The notes: generated from the letters alone by a model not told the origin. DNA of 64,000 nt from Gemmatimonadaceae bacterium (GCA_044224875.1 JBGAJQ010000015.1:21562-85561); one strand, 5' to 3'; positions 49,844 through 58,322 are shown, numbered from the stretch's first letter. Numbers and translations are program-made.

Positions 49844-50799
49844 CCGTTGGCCGGTGGCTCGGGCGCGTCGGCGTCCGACTCGTCGTCGAACCTGACGGGG
49901 ATGTCCATCCCGTCGCGAGCCACCACAGTTTCCGGAAAGACCGCACGCGCCTCGCGCTCGAGGTCGGTGAAGTCGCGCGTGTACCGCGCCGAGATGTGGG
50001 TCAACACCAGGCGCCGAACCCCCGCACGGCTGGCAACGAGCGCGGCCTCACGAGCCGTTGAATGACCCGTCTCGGCGGCGCGCGAAGCTTCTTCCTCGCT
50101 GAACGTGGCCTCGTGCACGAGCACGTCGGCCTGCGCGGCCGCCTCGACCGTCGCCGGGTGCGGTCGCGTATCACCGGTGAGGACGATGCGACGCCCGCGG
50201 CGGGCCGGTCCGACCAACTCGGAGGGGTCGATCACGCGCCCATCGGGAAGGGTCACGGGCTGCAAGCGGTGGAGTTGCCCCCACAGCGGACCCTCCGGGA
50301 TTCCTAACGAGCGAGCACGTGCGGGGTTGAATCGACCACGGCGTTCATGCTCGACCAGCGCATAGCCCACGCTCGGCGTCCCCCGATGGTCATGGTCGAA
50401 GACCTGGATCGTATAGTCGTCGCGCGGGACGGTATCGCCAGGTACAACGTCGTGTACTTCGAGTGGAAAGGTCAGGCGGTCGGCACCCAGGAGTTCGTTC
50501 CGGCGCAAGAGCCGTGTCGCGCCGCGCGGTCCGTGAAGGTGCAGGACCTCGGTGCGGCCCTGTAACGACATCGTTCGCATCAGCCCGATCACGCCGAGGA
50601 AGTGATCGGTGTGGAAGTGCGTGAAGAAGATGTGTTCCAGGTTGAACGAGATGCCGTAGCGCATCATCTGGCGTTGGGTGCCTTCGCCGCAGTCGAACAG
50701 GAAGGTCTCGCCTTCTCGCACGAGGGCGACACTAGCGACGCCGCGTTCCACGGTGGGTCGCGAGGCCGAAGTGCCAAGGAAGCGAAGGTAGAGAGGCAT
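49840..50799 (-). CDS. rnz: Ribonuclease Z
   Basis: FLGT....P, DCGEGTQ, THFHTDH, GP..G exosite, HEATF, GHST, THIS.RY. Confidence 0.95.
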   Translation of the reverse strand: MPLYLRFLGTSASRPTVERGVASVALVREGETFLFDCGEGTQRQMMRYGISFNLEHIFFTHFHTDHFLGVIGLMRTMSLQGRTEVLHLHGPRGATRLLRRNELLGADRLTFPLEVHDVVPGDTVPRDDYTIQVFDHDHRGTPSVGYALVEHERRGRFNPARARSLGIPEGPLWGQLHRLQPVTLPDGRVIDPSELVGPARRGRRIVLTGDTRPHPATVEAAAQADVLVHEATFSEEEASRAAETGHSTAREAALVASRAGVRRLVLTHISARYTRDFTDLEREARAVFPETVVARDGMDIPVRFDDESDADAPEPPANG

Positions 50800-51111
50800 G
50801 AGGGGGCGAAAGTTAGTGCAGCAGACCCGTCTGTGACCTGCATTCCAGCGCGATGAATTGGCGCAATCCAAGATTCCCGCGTCGACCACAGTGCCGGGGA
50901 ATAGCCGACCGACAAGATACAGTCGAGGCTGCTTCCGGATGCAGGGTGGAGACCCCGCACGGAGTGTCTCTGACGGGCGTGGCGTTCATGCCGCGCTCTT
51001 GCGGGAAAGGCAGGTGAAATGCAGAGGTTGTTACGGCGCCGGGCGGGGCGCACGAACGTGCGTCACCGTCGGCGTTAGGCGCGGAAACCCGCTGAGGGGA
51101 GGAGTCGCCGT

Positions 51112-51465
51112 ATGTCGGGGAAGAGTAAACGCGGCTTTGCGTCGATGGATCCCGCGCGTCAGCGGGAAATCGCCAGCCGGGGCGGTCGAGCCGCTCACGA
51201 GAAGGGAACTGCACACGAGTGGACGCCGGACGAGGCACGCGTCGCCGGAAGAAAAGGTGGCGAGGTCGTCAGTCGCGATCGCGAGCACATGTCGGCGATC
51301 GGGCGTGAAGGTGGTGAGGCGCGCGGACGGAATAACGCCGTCGCCCGCAATGGCACATCAATAGAACGAGAGTCAGCGGTGCACGTCAGTCGCGAGGGCA
51401 TGCCGCCTACGGCGACGCGCGGTCCGCAGCGTTCTTCGAATCGGGACGAGCGCGCGGCTTTCTAA
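51112..51465 (+). CDS. KGG-repeat general stress protein
   Basis: RGFASMD..RQREIAS.GG, AGRKGG, MSAIGREGG. Confidence 0.9.
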   Translation: MSGKSKRGFASMDPARQREIASRGGRAAHEKGTAHEWTPDEARVAGRKGGEVVSRDREHMSAIGREGGEARGRNNAVARNGTSIERESAVHVSREGMPPTATRGPQRSSNRDERAAF

Positions 51466-52903
51466 GGCTGGTTCCTTCAGCCAGCGGCAAGTCGACTTGC
51501 GCATCCGGTGGGTGGGCCATGGGAGCCCACCGCTGGATGTAGCGGGGTGCGTCAAACTTGTGCCGAGCGCGATCCAGCGACATGGGTCGAACCATGCCTA
51601 ACACCGGTCGCTCGGCAAATGGACGATCGAACTTCCCAAGGCACCACTGGATGCCGGCATAGGAATTCGGGTCGCGCCCATCGAGCGCGTACTTGTCATT
51701 CAACTCGATCAACCAGGCGAGCGCGTCCATCACCCGACGCGTCCAGAGCAGCACGCTCTTGCCCCATAGCATCCGCATGTAGTTGTGCATGCTGCCAGTG
51801 GCAACGAGTTCACGCTGCGCGGCGTTCCAAAGGTCGTCGTGCGTGCGGGCCTGTTCGAGCTCGCGAAGCGTGTACGTATGGCTGCGGGCATCGGTCGAAT
51901 GGGCGCGCAAGGTATCGCGTGCCCAACGCGGCAAGCCCTTGATGCTGTCATGGTGCGGGTTGCGGAGGCAGAAATTCAACGCCAGTTCTCGCCACACCAG
52001 GAACTCGCCAAGGAACGCGTCGGCGCGTGCGCCCGAGGTCGACGACAGGACCGTACGCGCCACCTCACCTGCTGATATCTGCCCGAAGTGCAAGTACGCT
52101 GAGAGGCGACTGGTGCCATCGGAGTCGTTGGGGTCGGGGCGACGCTCTGAATAGCGGCGAAGCCCGTCGTGACAGAAGTCCGAGAGTCGTGCGCGCGCAG
52201 CATCCAAACCACTTGACCAGTCAACTGGAGAGACCGAGTGGTCGATCTCGCATTCGCCGACCGCCGACGGAAGGTTCAATCTGCCGATCGGCAGGCGCGC
52301 TACCTCCAGCGAGGACAGTAACGAGCGCGTCGGCTGCTTTCGAGCCGGGCGATCCTCGACTACCTCCAGTGCGTGCTGGAGAATGGCCTTGAGCTTTGGC
52401 CGGATGGTTCGGGCAGCGTATTCCTCGCGCTCGAAACTTCCACTCGGCACAATGCCGTGCGATTCAATCGCGACCACTCGGCAGCGCGATCGTCCGCCAA
52501 ACCGTGCGGTCCGTTCGGCGATGCCGCAGGTTGGGAACGCGTCGGTCACAACCAGCACGGCCCGTTCTGCCAAGCGGTCGACCACCCGCCGATCATCATC
52601 ACGACGGCGCCTGAGGACGAATTGGTAGTGATGGCCTAACGCCTCGCTGCGAAGCGTGAGTTCCTTCGCGTTCTGGAGGATCGCTGTATGGATGCGATCG
52701 TTGGCGTGCGGGTAGGTCGGGTCGAGCCCTTGGTGGATGATGAGCGGCTTGTTCAAGCGATCCGCTTCGCGAACGGCGTACCGAAGGCCCCAGTTCTCCT
52801 CGAAACGGTGCGTGCTCTGCATCCAGTAGAGCACATACTCGCCCTCCGGTTGGACGCGGACTTCGTTGGCGTTGTGGGTGCGCAGATCGAGTTGGTCGCG
52901 CAC
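51407..52903 (-). CDS. Deoxyribodipyrimidine photolyase (class II-like)
   Basis: YVLYWM, SRLSAYLHFGQIS, MHNYMRMLWGK, DGRDPNSY. Confidence 0.9.
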   Translation of the reverse strand: MRDQLDLRTHNANEVRVQPEGEYVLYWMQSTHRFEENWGLRYAVREADRLNKPLIIHQGLDPTYPHANDRIHTAILQNAKELTLRSEALGHHYQFVLRRRRDDDRRVVDRLAERAVLVVTDAFPTCGIAERTARFGGRSRCRVVAIESHGIVPSGSFEREEYAARTIRPKLKAILQHALEVVEDRPARKQPTRSLLSSLEVARLPIGRLNLPSAVGECEIDHSVSPVDWSSGLDAARARLSDFCHDGLRRYSERRPDPNDSDGTSRLSAYLHFGQISAGEVARTVLSSTSGARADAFLGEFLVWRELALNFCLRNPHHDSIKGLPRWARDTLRAHSTDARSHTYTLRELEQARTHDDLWNAAQRELVATGSMHNYMRMLWGKSVLLWTRRVMDALAWLIELNDKYALDGRDPNSYAGIQWCLGKFDRPFAERPVLGMVRPMSLDRARHKFDAPRYIQRWAPMAHPPDAQVDLPLAEGTSLRKPRARPDSKNAADRASP

Positions 52904-53046
52904 GTATGAAGACTCGAGCGAGTGTGCCGGCAGATGAAACCTCTGGCGAGTGGGCCGCGTCGTATGTGCTCGTGCGGCTCGTGGTTCGACCGTGTGACCA
53001 AGTGCAAGATGGGTCGTCTGTTACCGGAACGTCACCGGTGTCCGGC

Positions 53047-53074
53047 TTGACTTCGCGATGGGTCAGGGTAGGTT
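53047..53074 (+). promoter_or_regulatory. Putative sigma70 promoter for tRNA-Ala
   Basis: TTGACT-N16-TAGGTT about 90 bp upstream of the tRNA. Confidence 0.4.
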
Positions 53075-53163
53075 TCGATCCAACGCCGGCCCCGCAGTCT
53101 GCGGGGCCGTACGTTTGCCGGGGTGCGACCGGTGGGAACTTTTGTGGCGCGCTCTGGGTTTTA

Positions 53164-53236
53164 GGGGCTGTAGCTCAGCTGGGAGAGCGCTGCAATCGCA
53201 CTGCAGAGGTCAGGGGTTCGATCCCCCTCAGCTCCA
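53164..53236 (+). tRNA. tRNA-Ala (anticodon CGC); CCA not encoded
   Basis: GGGGCTG/CAGCTCC acceptor with G3:U70; anticodon stem CTGCA/TGCAG, loop ATCGCAC; GGTTCGATCC T-arm. Confidence 0.95.
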
Positions 53237-53242
53237 TAAAAT

Positions 53243-53382
53243 TTGGCGGAAGTTTCGCCGCGGAAGGTTGGCCCGCCGCCGGTCGGTAGGACGTAGAGTT
53301 CCAATGACGGCGTGCGCGGCAATCCCGGCATCGATCGGTAGGACGTAGAGTTCCAATGTCGATGTAGCGCGAGACTCCCCAA
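53243..53382 (+). ncRNA. Candidate structured ncRNA with duplicated 24-nt module
   Basis: Enclosing helix 53243-53258/53369-53382; two identical TCGGTAGGACGTAGAGTTCCAATG copies closed by different stems. Confidence 0.6.
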
Positions 53383-53389
53383 TCTGCTG

Positions 53390-53418
53390 AAGCCGCTGAC
53401 AAGGTCAGCGGCTTTTTT
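53390..53418 (+). terminator. Intrinsic terminator, likely bidirectional
   Basis: AAGCCGCTGAC-aag-GTCAGCGGCTT followed by a T tract. Confidence 0.85.
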
Positions 53419-53525
53419 CTTTCTGGCTCAGCCAGAGAAGCGCCGACCGTGACCGGGCCGTACCCGGCGTGACAGACTCTGAATCGCCGCGCACTCCCGG
53501 ACTCGACCATGCCGGTCACCGCCGA

Positions 53526-54818
53526 CTACTTCGCTGCGGCGACTATGTCCTGGCGAAGCGCCGAAAAGAACTCCGACAGAAAGCGGTTCTCCTCGATCTC
53601 GGTCTTGTCCGCGAAGTCGCCGAACGCGCTAGCGCCGAGTCCGCCGAGGAAGCGCATGATCGCGCTCTCGTGCACGGCCAGGCGCGCCTGACGAAAACTG
53701 ATCGTCGACGGCCCCAGGTCATCGCGGATGCCGAGCCGAAGCTCGGCGCCACGCCCTTCGAATGGACGGCGCAAGGGCGTCTTGATCAGCTTGTCCACGG
53801 CGAGTGGCAGGTGCCAATCCGGCTCCTTATTGAATCGCCAGACCCATGCGCGTTCATGCTCGGAACGCTCGATGAGGAAGTTGGCGACGAGGCCGGAGTA
53901 GCCGACGCGGAAGATCTTGAACTTGGCGGAGAAGTCGATCCGCATCTGCAGCGTGTCCGGCAGGGGCCTCGGCGTGCCGTCGAGCGTCACGATATGGCCA
54001 CCGCGGGCGCGAAGTCGCGCGTTTACTCGGCCCTCACGGCCGTCGATGTCGAGGTAATTCGCTCCCTGTCGATCCGTCAGCTGCACCCGGAACTCGCTGG
54101 GAATCACGTACTTGTCGAGATACCTAGCGTAGTTGGGATAGCGTGGCCGGACAGAATCGGGCAGTATGCGCACGGACATACGCGCGGCGGTGGAACCGTC
54201 GCGCAGGTCGGTGGTGACCAGGGAGTCGATGCGCAGGAGTTGTCCGAGGTGGCGAGCTGTGCGGGGGAACAAGGTGCGGGACTCCGTTCGCGCCTCACTG
54301 CCGGAGCGCCCTTCGTAGGCGGTGAAGAGCGCGCTCATGGCCGCTCCTGCCTGCGCCGGGCGCACGGTGCCGACGGCGTGATCTACAATGGTGTACCACT
54401 CGTAATCGTCGTGAGCGAGGTGTCGCAGCTGCATGAAGTGGCGTTCGTCGCCCAACCGCACGGGATACGGCGAATTGCCGCGCGCCTCGAAGAGGTATTG
54501 GCCATTGTTGTAGCTGCCGACGAGGTAGAGGGCGCGGGTAGAATCCGAGGCACTGCTGACGGTCCAGATGGATGTGTCGCCGAAGAGTTTGGAGGGGGTG
54601 AGGGCGTACTTGCCCATGATGGGCCGCGCGCGGGCGAACTTGGCGTCGCGCTGGACGTTGGCGAAGCGGTAGGCATAGGCGGCGAAGAGAGCGTCGGCAT
54701 TCTTGGCCACGGATTCCGGCGAGGCCCCGAGTGCGGTGGCCGACTGGCGGCAGGCGGCCAGACTGGCGACGAGGGCGAGCGCGCAGAAGGCTGTGGGACT
54801 GGGGGCGAAGTGTCGCAA
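53526..54818 (-). CDS. Hypothetical lipoprotein
   Basis: 430-aa ORF; lipobox LAAC; no recognised domain. Confidence 0.7.
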   Translation of the reverse strand: MRHFAPSPTAFCALALVASLAACRQSATALGASPESVAKNADALFAAYAYRFANVQRDAKFARARPIMGKYALTPSKLFGDTSIWTVSSASDSTRALYLVGSYNNGQYLFEARGNSPYPVRLGDERHFMQLRHLAHDDYEWYTIVDHAVGTVRPAQAGAAMSALFTAYEGRSGSEARTESRTLFPRTARHLGQLLRIDSLVTTDLRDGSTAARMSVRILPDSVRPRYPNYARYLDKYVIPSEFRVQLTDRQGANYLDIDGREGRVNARLRARGGHIVTLDGTPRPLPDTLQMRIDFSAKFKIFRVGYSGLVANFLIERSEHERAWVWRFNKEPDWHLPLAVDKLIKTPLRRPFEGRGAELRLGIRDDLGPSTISFRQARLAVHESAIMRFLGGLGASAFGDFADKTEIEENRFLSEFFSALRQDIVAAAK

Positions 54819-54938
54819 GACCGGAAATGGCTAAGGCTTAGGCCGACGACACAGTATTCGCAGGGGTTGCCCGGCTCGTTCGGCACTCGGTATCTTAGTT
54901 CCCCCGTCACGGGCGGTGGTATTGTGCGTGATGGCGGG

Positions 54939-55004
54939 TGCCCCTTGGTGTAACTGGCAACACGTCTGACTCTGGATCAGAAGAGTCCTGGTTCGAGGGG
55001 GCAA
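54939..55004 (+). tRNA. tRNA-Gln (anticodon CTG), lacking ~7 nt of the 3' T-stem (pseudo-tRNA or assembly error)
   Basis: TGCCCCT start; D arm; TCTGA-CTCTGGA-TCAGA anticodon arm; CCTGG-TTCGAG then directly GGGGCAA. Confidence 0.85.
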
Positions 55005-55010
55005 GGCACC

Positions 55011-55038
55011 AAACGGCAGCCCAAGGGCTGCCGTTTTT
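55011..55038 (+). terminator. Intrinsic terminator after tRNA-Gln
   Basis: AAACGGCAGCCC-aa-GGGCTGCCGTTT followed by TT. Confidence 0.85.
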
Positions 55039-55538
55039 GTTGCCCCTTCTGGGCCGTCGGCGCCTTGCCGACGCGGCGGCGTCGAGCCCACCCGAGCCGC
55101 AAGCGACGCGCAACGAGGCGGTCGTTTTTGTTGCCCTTCTGGGCCGTCGGCGCCATGCTGACGCGGCGGCGTCGAGCCCACCTCGAGCCGCAAGCGACGC
55201 GCAACGAGGCGGTCGTTTTTGTTGCCCCTTCTGGGCCGTCGGCGCCTTGCTGACGCGGCGGCGTCGAGCCCACCCGAGCCGCAAGCGACGCGCAACGAGG
55301 CGGTCGTTTTTGTTGCCCCTTCTGGGCCGTCGGCGCCTTGCTGGCGCGGCGGCGTCGAGCCCACCCGAGCCGCAAGCGCGCGCAACGAGGCGGTCGTTTT
55401 CGTTGCCCCTTCTTGCCGTCGGCGCCTTGCTGGCGCGGCGGCGTCGAGCCCACCCGAGCCACAGCGAAGCAACGGGTGGTCGTTTTCGTTGCCCCTTCTG
55501 GGCAAGTCGGCGCCTTGCTGACGCGGCGGCGTCGAGCC
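55032..55538. repeat. Tandem array of ~91-bp structured repeats (~5.6 copies)
   Basis: Units start at 55032, 55123, 55214, 55305, 55395, 55481; consensus begins CGTTTTTGTTGCCCCTTCTGGGCCGTCGGCGCC. Confidence 0.97.
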
Positions 55539-55689
55539 TACAACGCTCGGTTACAGAAGCTCGGGAGCGGTGGAACTCACGTTCGCAGGCACGTCTCTCC
55601 CACTGCGTCTGCGCGACCGTTGTATCTCGCGGAGGTCAGCGTTTGACATGTCGAAAAAAGACGCAGCCTGCATGGGCGTCCGTTGTCTC

Positions 55690-56214
55690 TCAGTGCTCTT
55701 TGGCCTTACTCGGGGAGACCTCCGCCGGCTCCGCAAGGCCAAACGCTACGGCCAACTCATCGCGCTCGCGGATCTGCTTCATTCCTTCCGTCTGCTCTAG
55801 ATCAACTCCTCGCATGATGCTCGCGACGTTAATGGGCGGAAGATAAAACGCACCATGCAAGCCTCGGCCGGTTAGCGACGCAATCGTCTCTCGCAAGAAT
55901 GGTAGGAGCAACGCCGGCGCGTGGAGTTTCACATAGTCGGTTAGTGGAACGGTAGGGTTCCCGTCGCGCCGCACGACTGCGGCCATTGCAACGTGCACGT
56001 TTTCGGGACGTTCTCGTGAGGGTTTCAGTTCGATCAGGAAACGCACCGTGAAACGATGGTCGGCCTCGAGATTCCAATCCCACCCGAACTGAAGTTTAGA
56101 ATCGTTTTCAGGCAATTCATCCGCGTTAGGCACTCCCACAAAGCGGAGTTCATTCGCGAAAATCCGCTCCACAACGTAGCCTGTCTTCGGTGCGGCAGTT
56201 GTCGTCTCATTCAT
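55690..56214 (-). CDS. SecB-like chaperone of a toxin-antitoxin-chaperone (TAC) module
   Basis: APALLLPFLRETIASLTGRG....YLPPIN, the SecB C-terminal signature; third gene of the operon. Confidence 0.85.
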   Translation of the reverse strand: MNETTTAAPKTGYVVERIFANELRFVGVPNADELPENDSKLQFGWDWNLEADHRFTVRFLIELKPSRERPENVHVAMAAVVRRDGNPTVPLTDYVKLHAPALLLPFLRETIASLTGRGLHGAFYLPPINVASIMRGVDLEQTEGMKQIRERDELAVAFGLAEPAEVSPSKAKEH

Positions 56215-56225
56215 AGAGCTCTGTC

Positions 56226-56885
56226 CTACGCGGCGAGCGCGATCTCAACGCGCAAGCTTGGCGCGTCTGATTCAGCCGAGTCTCCAAGTCGAAGATTTAC
56301 CGGGGACTGCGGTGTCGCCTCTGGCTGCAACGTATATTCGGTGCCGGGCGTCACGCTAACCTCCCACAAGTTCGTCCAGCTTTCGGGAGGTAGCGTCACT
56401 TGCCAAACGCGAAGAGCCGACTCCCCAACGGGTATCGCGTAGGAGTTGTGGTACTTGACGATTGGCACTCCTGATCGCGCAGAGAGGAAATCAGCGGCCT
56501 CTGGAATGTTGGCGATGACTCGCAGGAGGTTGTCGGTTGCGGCGTTGGGAAACACGGTGCCGCGTTCCCAACGAACTACTGTCTTATATCCGACTCCAAG
56601 GAATTGCTCGAAGTCGCCCTGCGTAAGTCCTAGGCGTTCACGAATGGCAAGAATCTCCTGCGGCTTGAGCAGATCTTCTTGTTCCCGAATCTGGTTCGCC
56701 ACGCGTGTCTGCAGTTCCTCTAGCGACTTGTCATCCAAGTAGTACTCACCACAGGAGTCGCACGTAGGTGCCGAGACAAGCACCGAGACAGTGCGTGAAC
56801 CGACGCGAATTGATCGGCCGGAAAGGCGTTCCTTGAGATGCCCGCCGCACAAGGGGCACGCATCGAGTTCGGTAGACGGATTCAC
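56226..56885 (-). CDS. mqsA: MqsA-type antitoxin (Zn finger + XRE HTH) with ~80-aa C-terminal ChAD-like extension
   Basis: CPLCG...CDSCGE; IRERLGLTQ....LGVG...V.RWERG; tail ends EIALAA. Confidence 0.88.
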   Translation of the reverse strand: MNPSTELDACPLCGGHLKERLSGRSIRVGSRTVSVLVSAPTCDSCGEYYLDDKSLEELQTRVANQIREQEDLLKPQEILAIRERLGLTQGDFEQFLGVGYKTVVRWERGTVFPNAATDNLLRVIANIPEAADFLSARSGVPIVKYHNSYAIPVGESALRVWQVTLPPESWTNLWEVSVTPGTEYTLQPEATPQSPVNLRLGDSAESDAPSLRVEIALAA

Positions 56886-56889
56886 GACC

Positions 56890-57207
56890 TTAGAGTTCCT
56901 TGAATTGGATGATGACGGCGCAGTCTCCCCGCGAATTCGTCTCCATCTGGAGTTTCACGTAGAGATCGACGCCCTTGTACCTGGGTCGATAAACGTCTTG
57001 AAAGAAGCCCGCCCGCTTCTCGGCCTCCATCGATTTGTAGAAGCACGACTGTTCAAGAGCGAGCACGCAGGGCACAATGTCCGAGGGCTCCAATCCCGCG
57101 CTGTATGCGCCCTGAACCGCGATTCCGGTGACGCGCTTGTGCCCCGTGCGGACGAGCTCTTTCAGTCGAGCGAGATCATAGGTTGGGGTGCGATTTTCGC
57201 CGGACAT
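56890..57207 (-). CDS. mqsR: MqsR-type mRNA interferase toxin
   Basis: PTYDL, FYKSM, QDVYRP, LYVKL, IIQFKE. Confidence 0.9.
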   Translation of the reverse strand: MSGENRTPTYDLARLKELVRTGHKRVTGIAVQGAYSAGLEPSDIVPCVLALEQSCFYKSMEAEKRAGFFQDVYRPRYKGVDLYVKLQMETNSRGDCAVIIQFKEL

Positions 57208-57216
57208 TGGCCGGTG

Positions 57217-57246
57217 ATGGTAGCATTATGCTACTCTGACTGTCAA
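57217..57246 (-). promoter_or_regulatory. Sigma70 promoter of the TAC operon with overlapping palindromic operator
   Basis: Minus strand TTGACA-N18-TACCAT with extended TG; perfect palindrome GTAGCAT-T-ATGCTAC at 57220-57234. Confidence 0.8.
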
Positions 57247-57713
57247 TACGGATACGAAGTAACGACGCGATAGTTCCAAGGCGCCGTGAGTCCAATGACC
57301 GACCACCAAAAGGCGTCAAACGGTCGCATTCCGGCGGAATCGCAGTGTAACATAATAGACGCTAACGAGTTAGGTCACAGCGACCGCACTTCGATTCTGC
57401 GGCCGCCACGGGAGGCAGGAATCGGGCTGCCCCTTTCCTCGGGGCAGCCTCTCTCGCGGGGATAACGCACCAAGAGCGAGGCGCCCAAAGATCAAATTGA
57501 TCAGGGCCTGAAAGTGCGGGGAGCAATGTTCGACCCGCCGTGATTCGTCTGCGCGGCGGAAGGTTTCGCACGCGGGTTTTTCACGATGCGCGTGAGTTGG
57601 TGCTGCGAGCGCTTGATATTGTCGTAAGAGCGAGGTACAACGGCCAACCCGCGCGAACCGTATCGTCGATTGACAACCGTTAGCCCCTGTTTGACAGCTC
57701 CACCGCCAAACCC

Positions 57714-58322
57714 GTGAACTTGTCCTATCCTCCCGCAATCGCCGTGGGGGTCGTCGCGCTCGCGATCTCTCTCACTGCTCCCAGCGCCCTCATCGCCCAG
57801 CACTCGATGGCGGGCATGTCCCATATCACTATCCCCGAAGGCGCCATCTATACGGTGGCGGACGTCGAGTTCATGCAGGGGATGATCGCTCACCACGCGC
57901 AGGCGATCCACATGTCGCGCATGGCGGAGGCGCACGGTGCCAGTCCCAAGCTGCTCAAACTGGCGAACAAGATCGACCAGTCGCAGGTGGCGGAAATCCG
58001 CATCATGCAGCAATGGCTCCGATCCAACGGCCAGGTTGCACCTGACACGTCATCCTGGCGGACAATGATGATGGCAGGGATGCTGACGCCTGAACAGCTC
58101 AAGACACTCGACGCCTCGAGGGGCGTCGCGTTCGACCGCGCCTTTCTCAACTACATGATCCAGCACCATGAAGGCGCCCTGACGATGGTGAAGGACCTCT
58201 TCGCCACGCCGCGCGCGGGCCAGGAAGTGGACGTCAACGTCTTTGCCAACGACGTGGTCACAGTCCAAACGGCCGAAATCGGCGCCATGCGCCAGATGCT
58301 CTCGCTCCTGCCTGACAAGTAA
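57714..58322 (+). CDS. DUF305 family protein
   Basis: DVEFMQGMIAHHAQA, MIQHHEGA, Q.AEI..M repeats. Confidence 0.9.
   Translation: MNLSYPPAIAVGVVALAISLTAPSALIAQHSMAGMSHITIPEGAIYTVADVEFMQGMIAHHAQAIHMSRMAEAHGASPKLLKLANKIDQSQVAEIRIMQQWLRSNGQVAPDTSSWRTMMMAGMLTPEQLKTLDASRGVAFDRAFLNYMIQHHEGALTMVKDLFATPRAGQEVDVNVFANDVVTVQTAEIGAMRQMLSLLPDK

Noticed and set aside
51407..51465. 59-bp convergent overlap of photolyase and KGG protein 3' ends
   Set aside because: Both tails look unconserved; such overlaps are common in high-GC genomes
53283..53358. Two 24-bp direct repeats with a 28-bp spacer as a mini-CRISPR
   Set aside because: Only two copies, no cas genes or leader, and the spacer base-pairs with the flanks as part of one RNA fold
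53469..54953. Long antisense or alternate-frame ORFs (this one, 43318-44523, 40230-41477, 59088-60326, 13200-14597 and others)
   Set aside because: Shadow ORFs of better-supported genes, expected where high GC makes stop codons scarce; no motifs
55032..55538. 91-bp array as a CRISPR array or coding repeat (ORFs 54831-55505, 54938-55846 and others)
   Set aside because: No unique spacers; period mostly not a multiple of 3, with indels; some of the ORFs overlap the tRNA
55560..57400. Prophage or IS element around the TAC operon
   Set aside because: No integrase, transposase or phage structural gene, and no direct-orientation copy of the tRNA 3' end found at the far boundary
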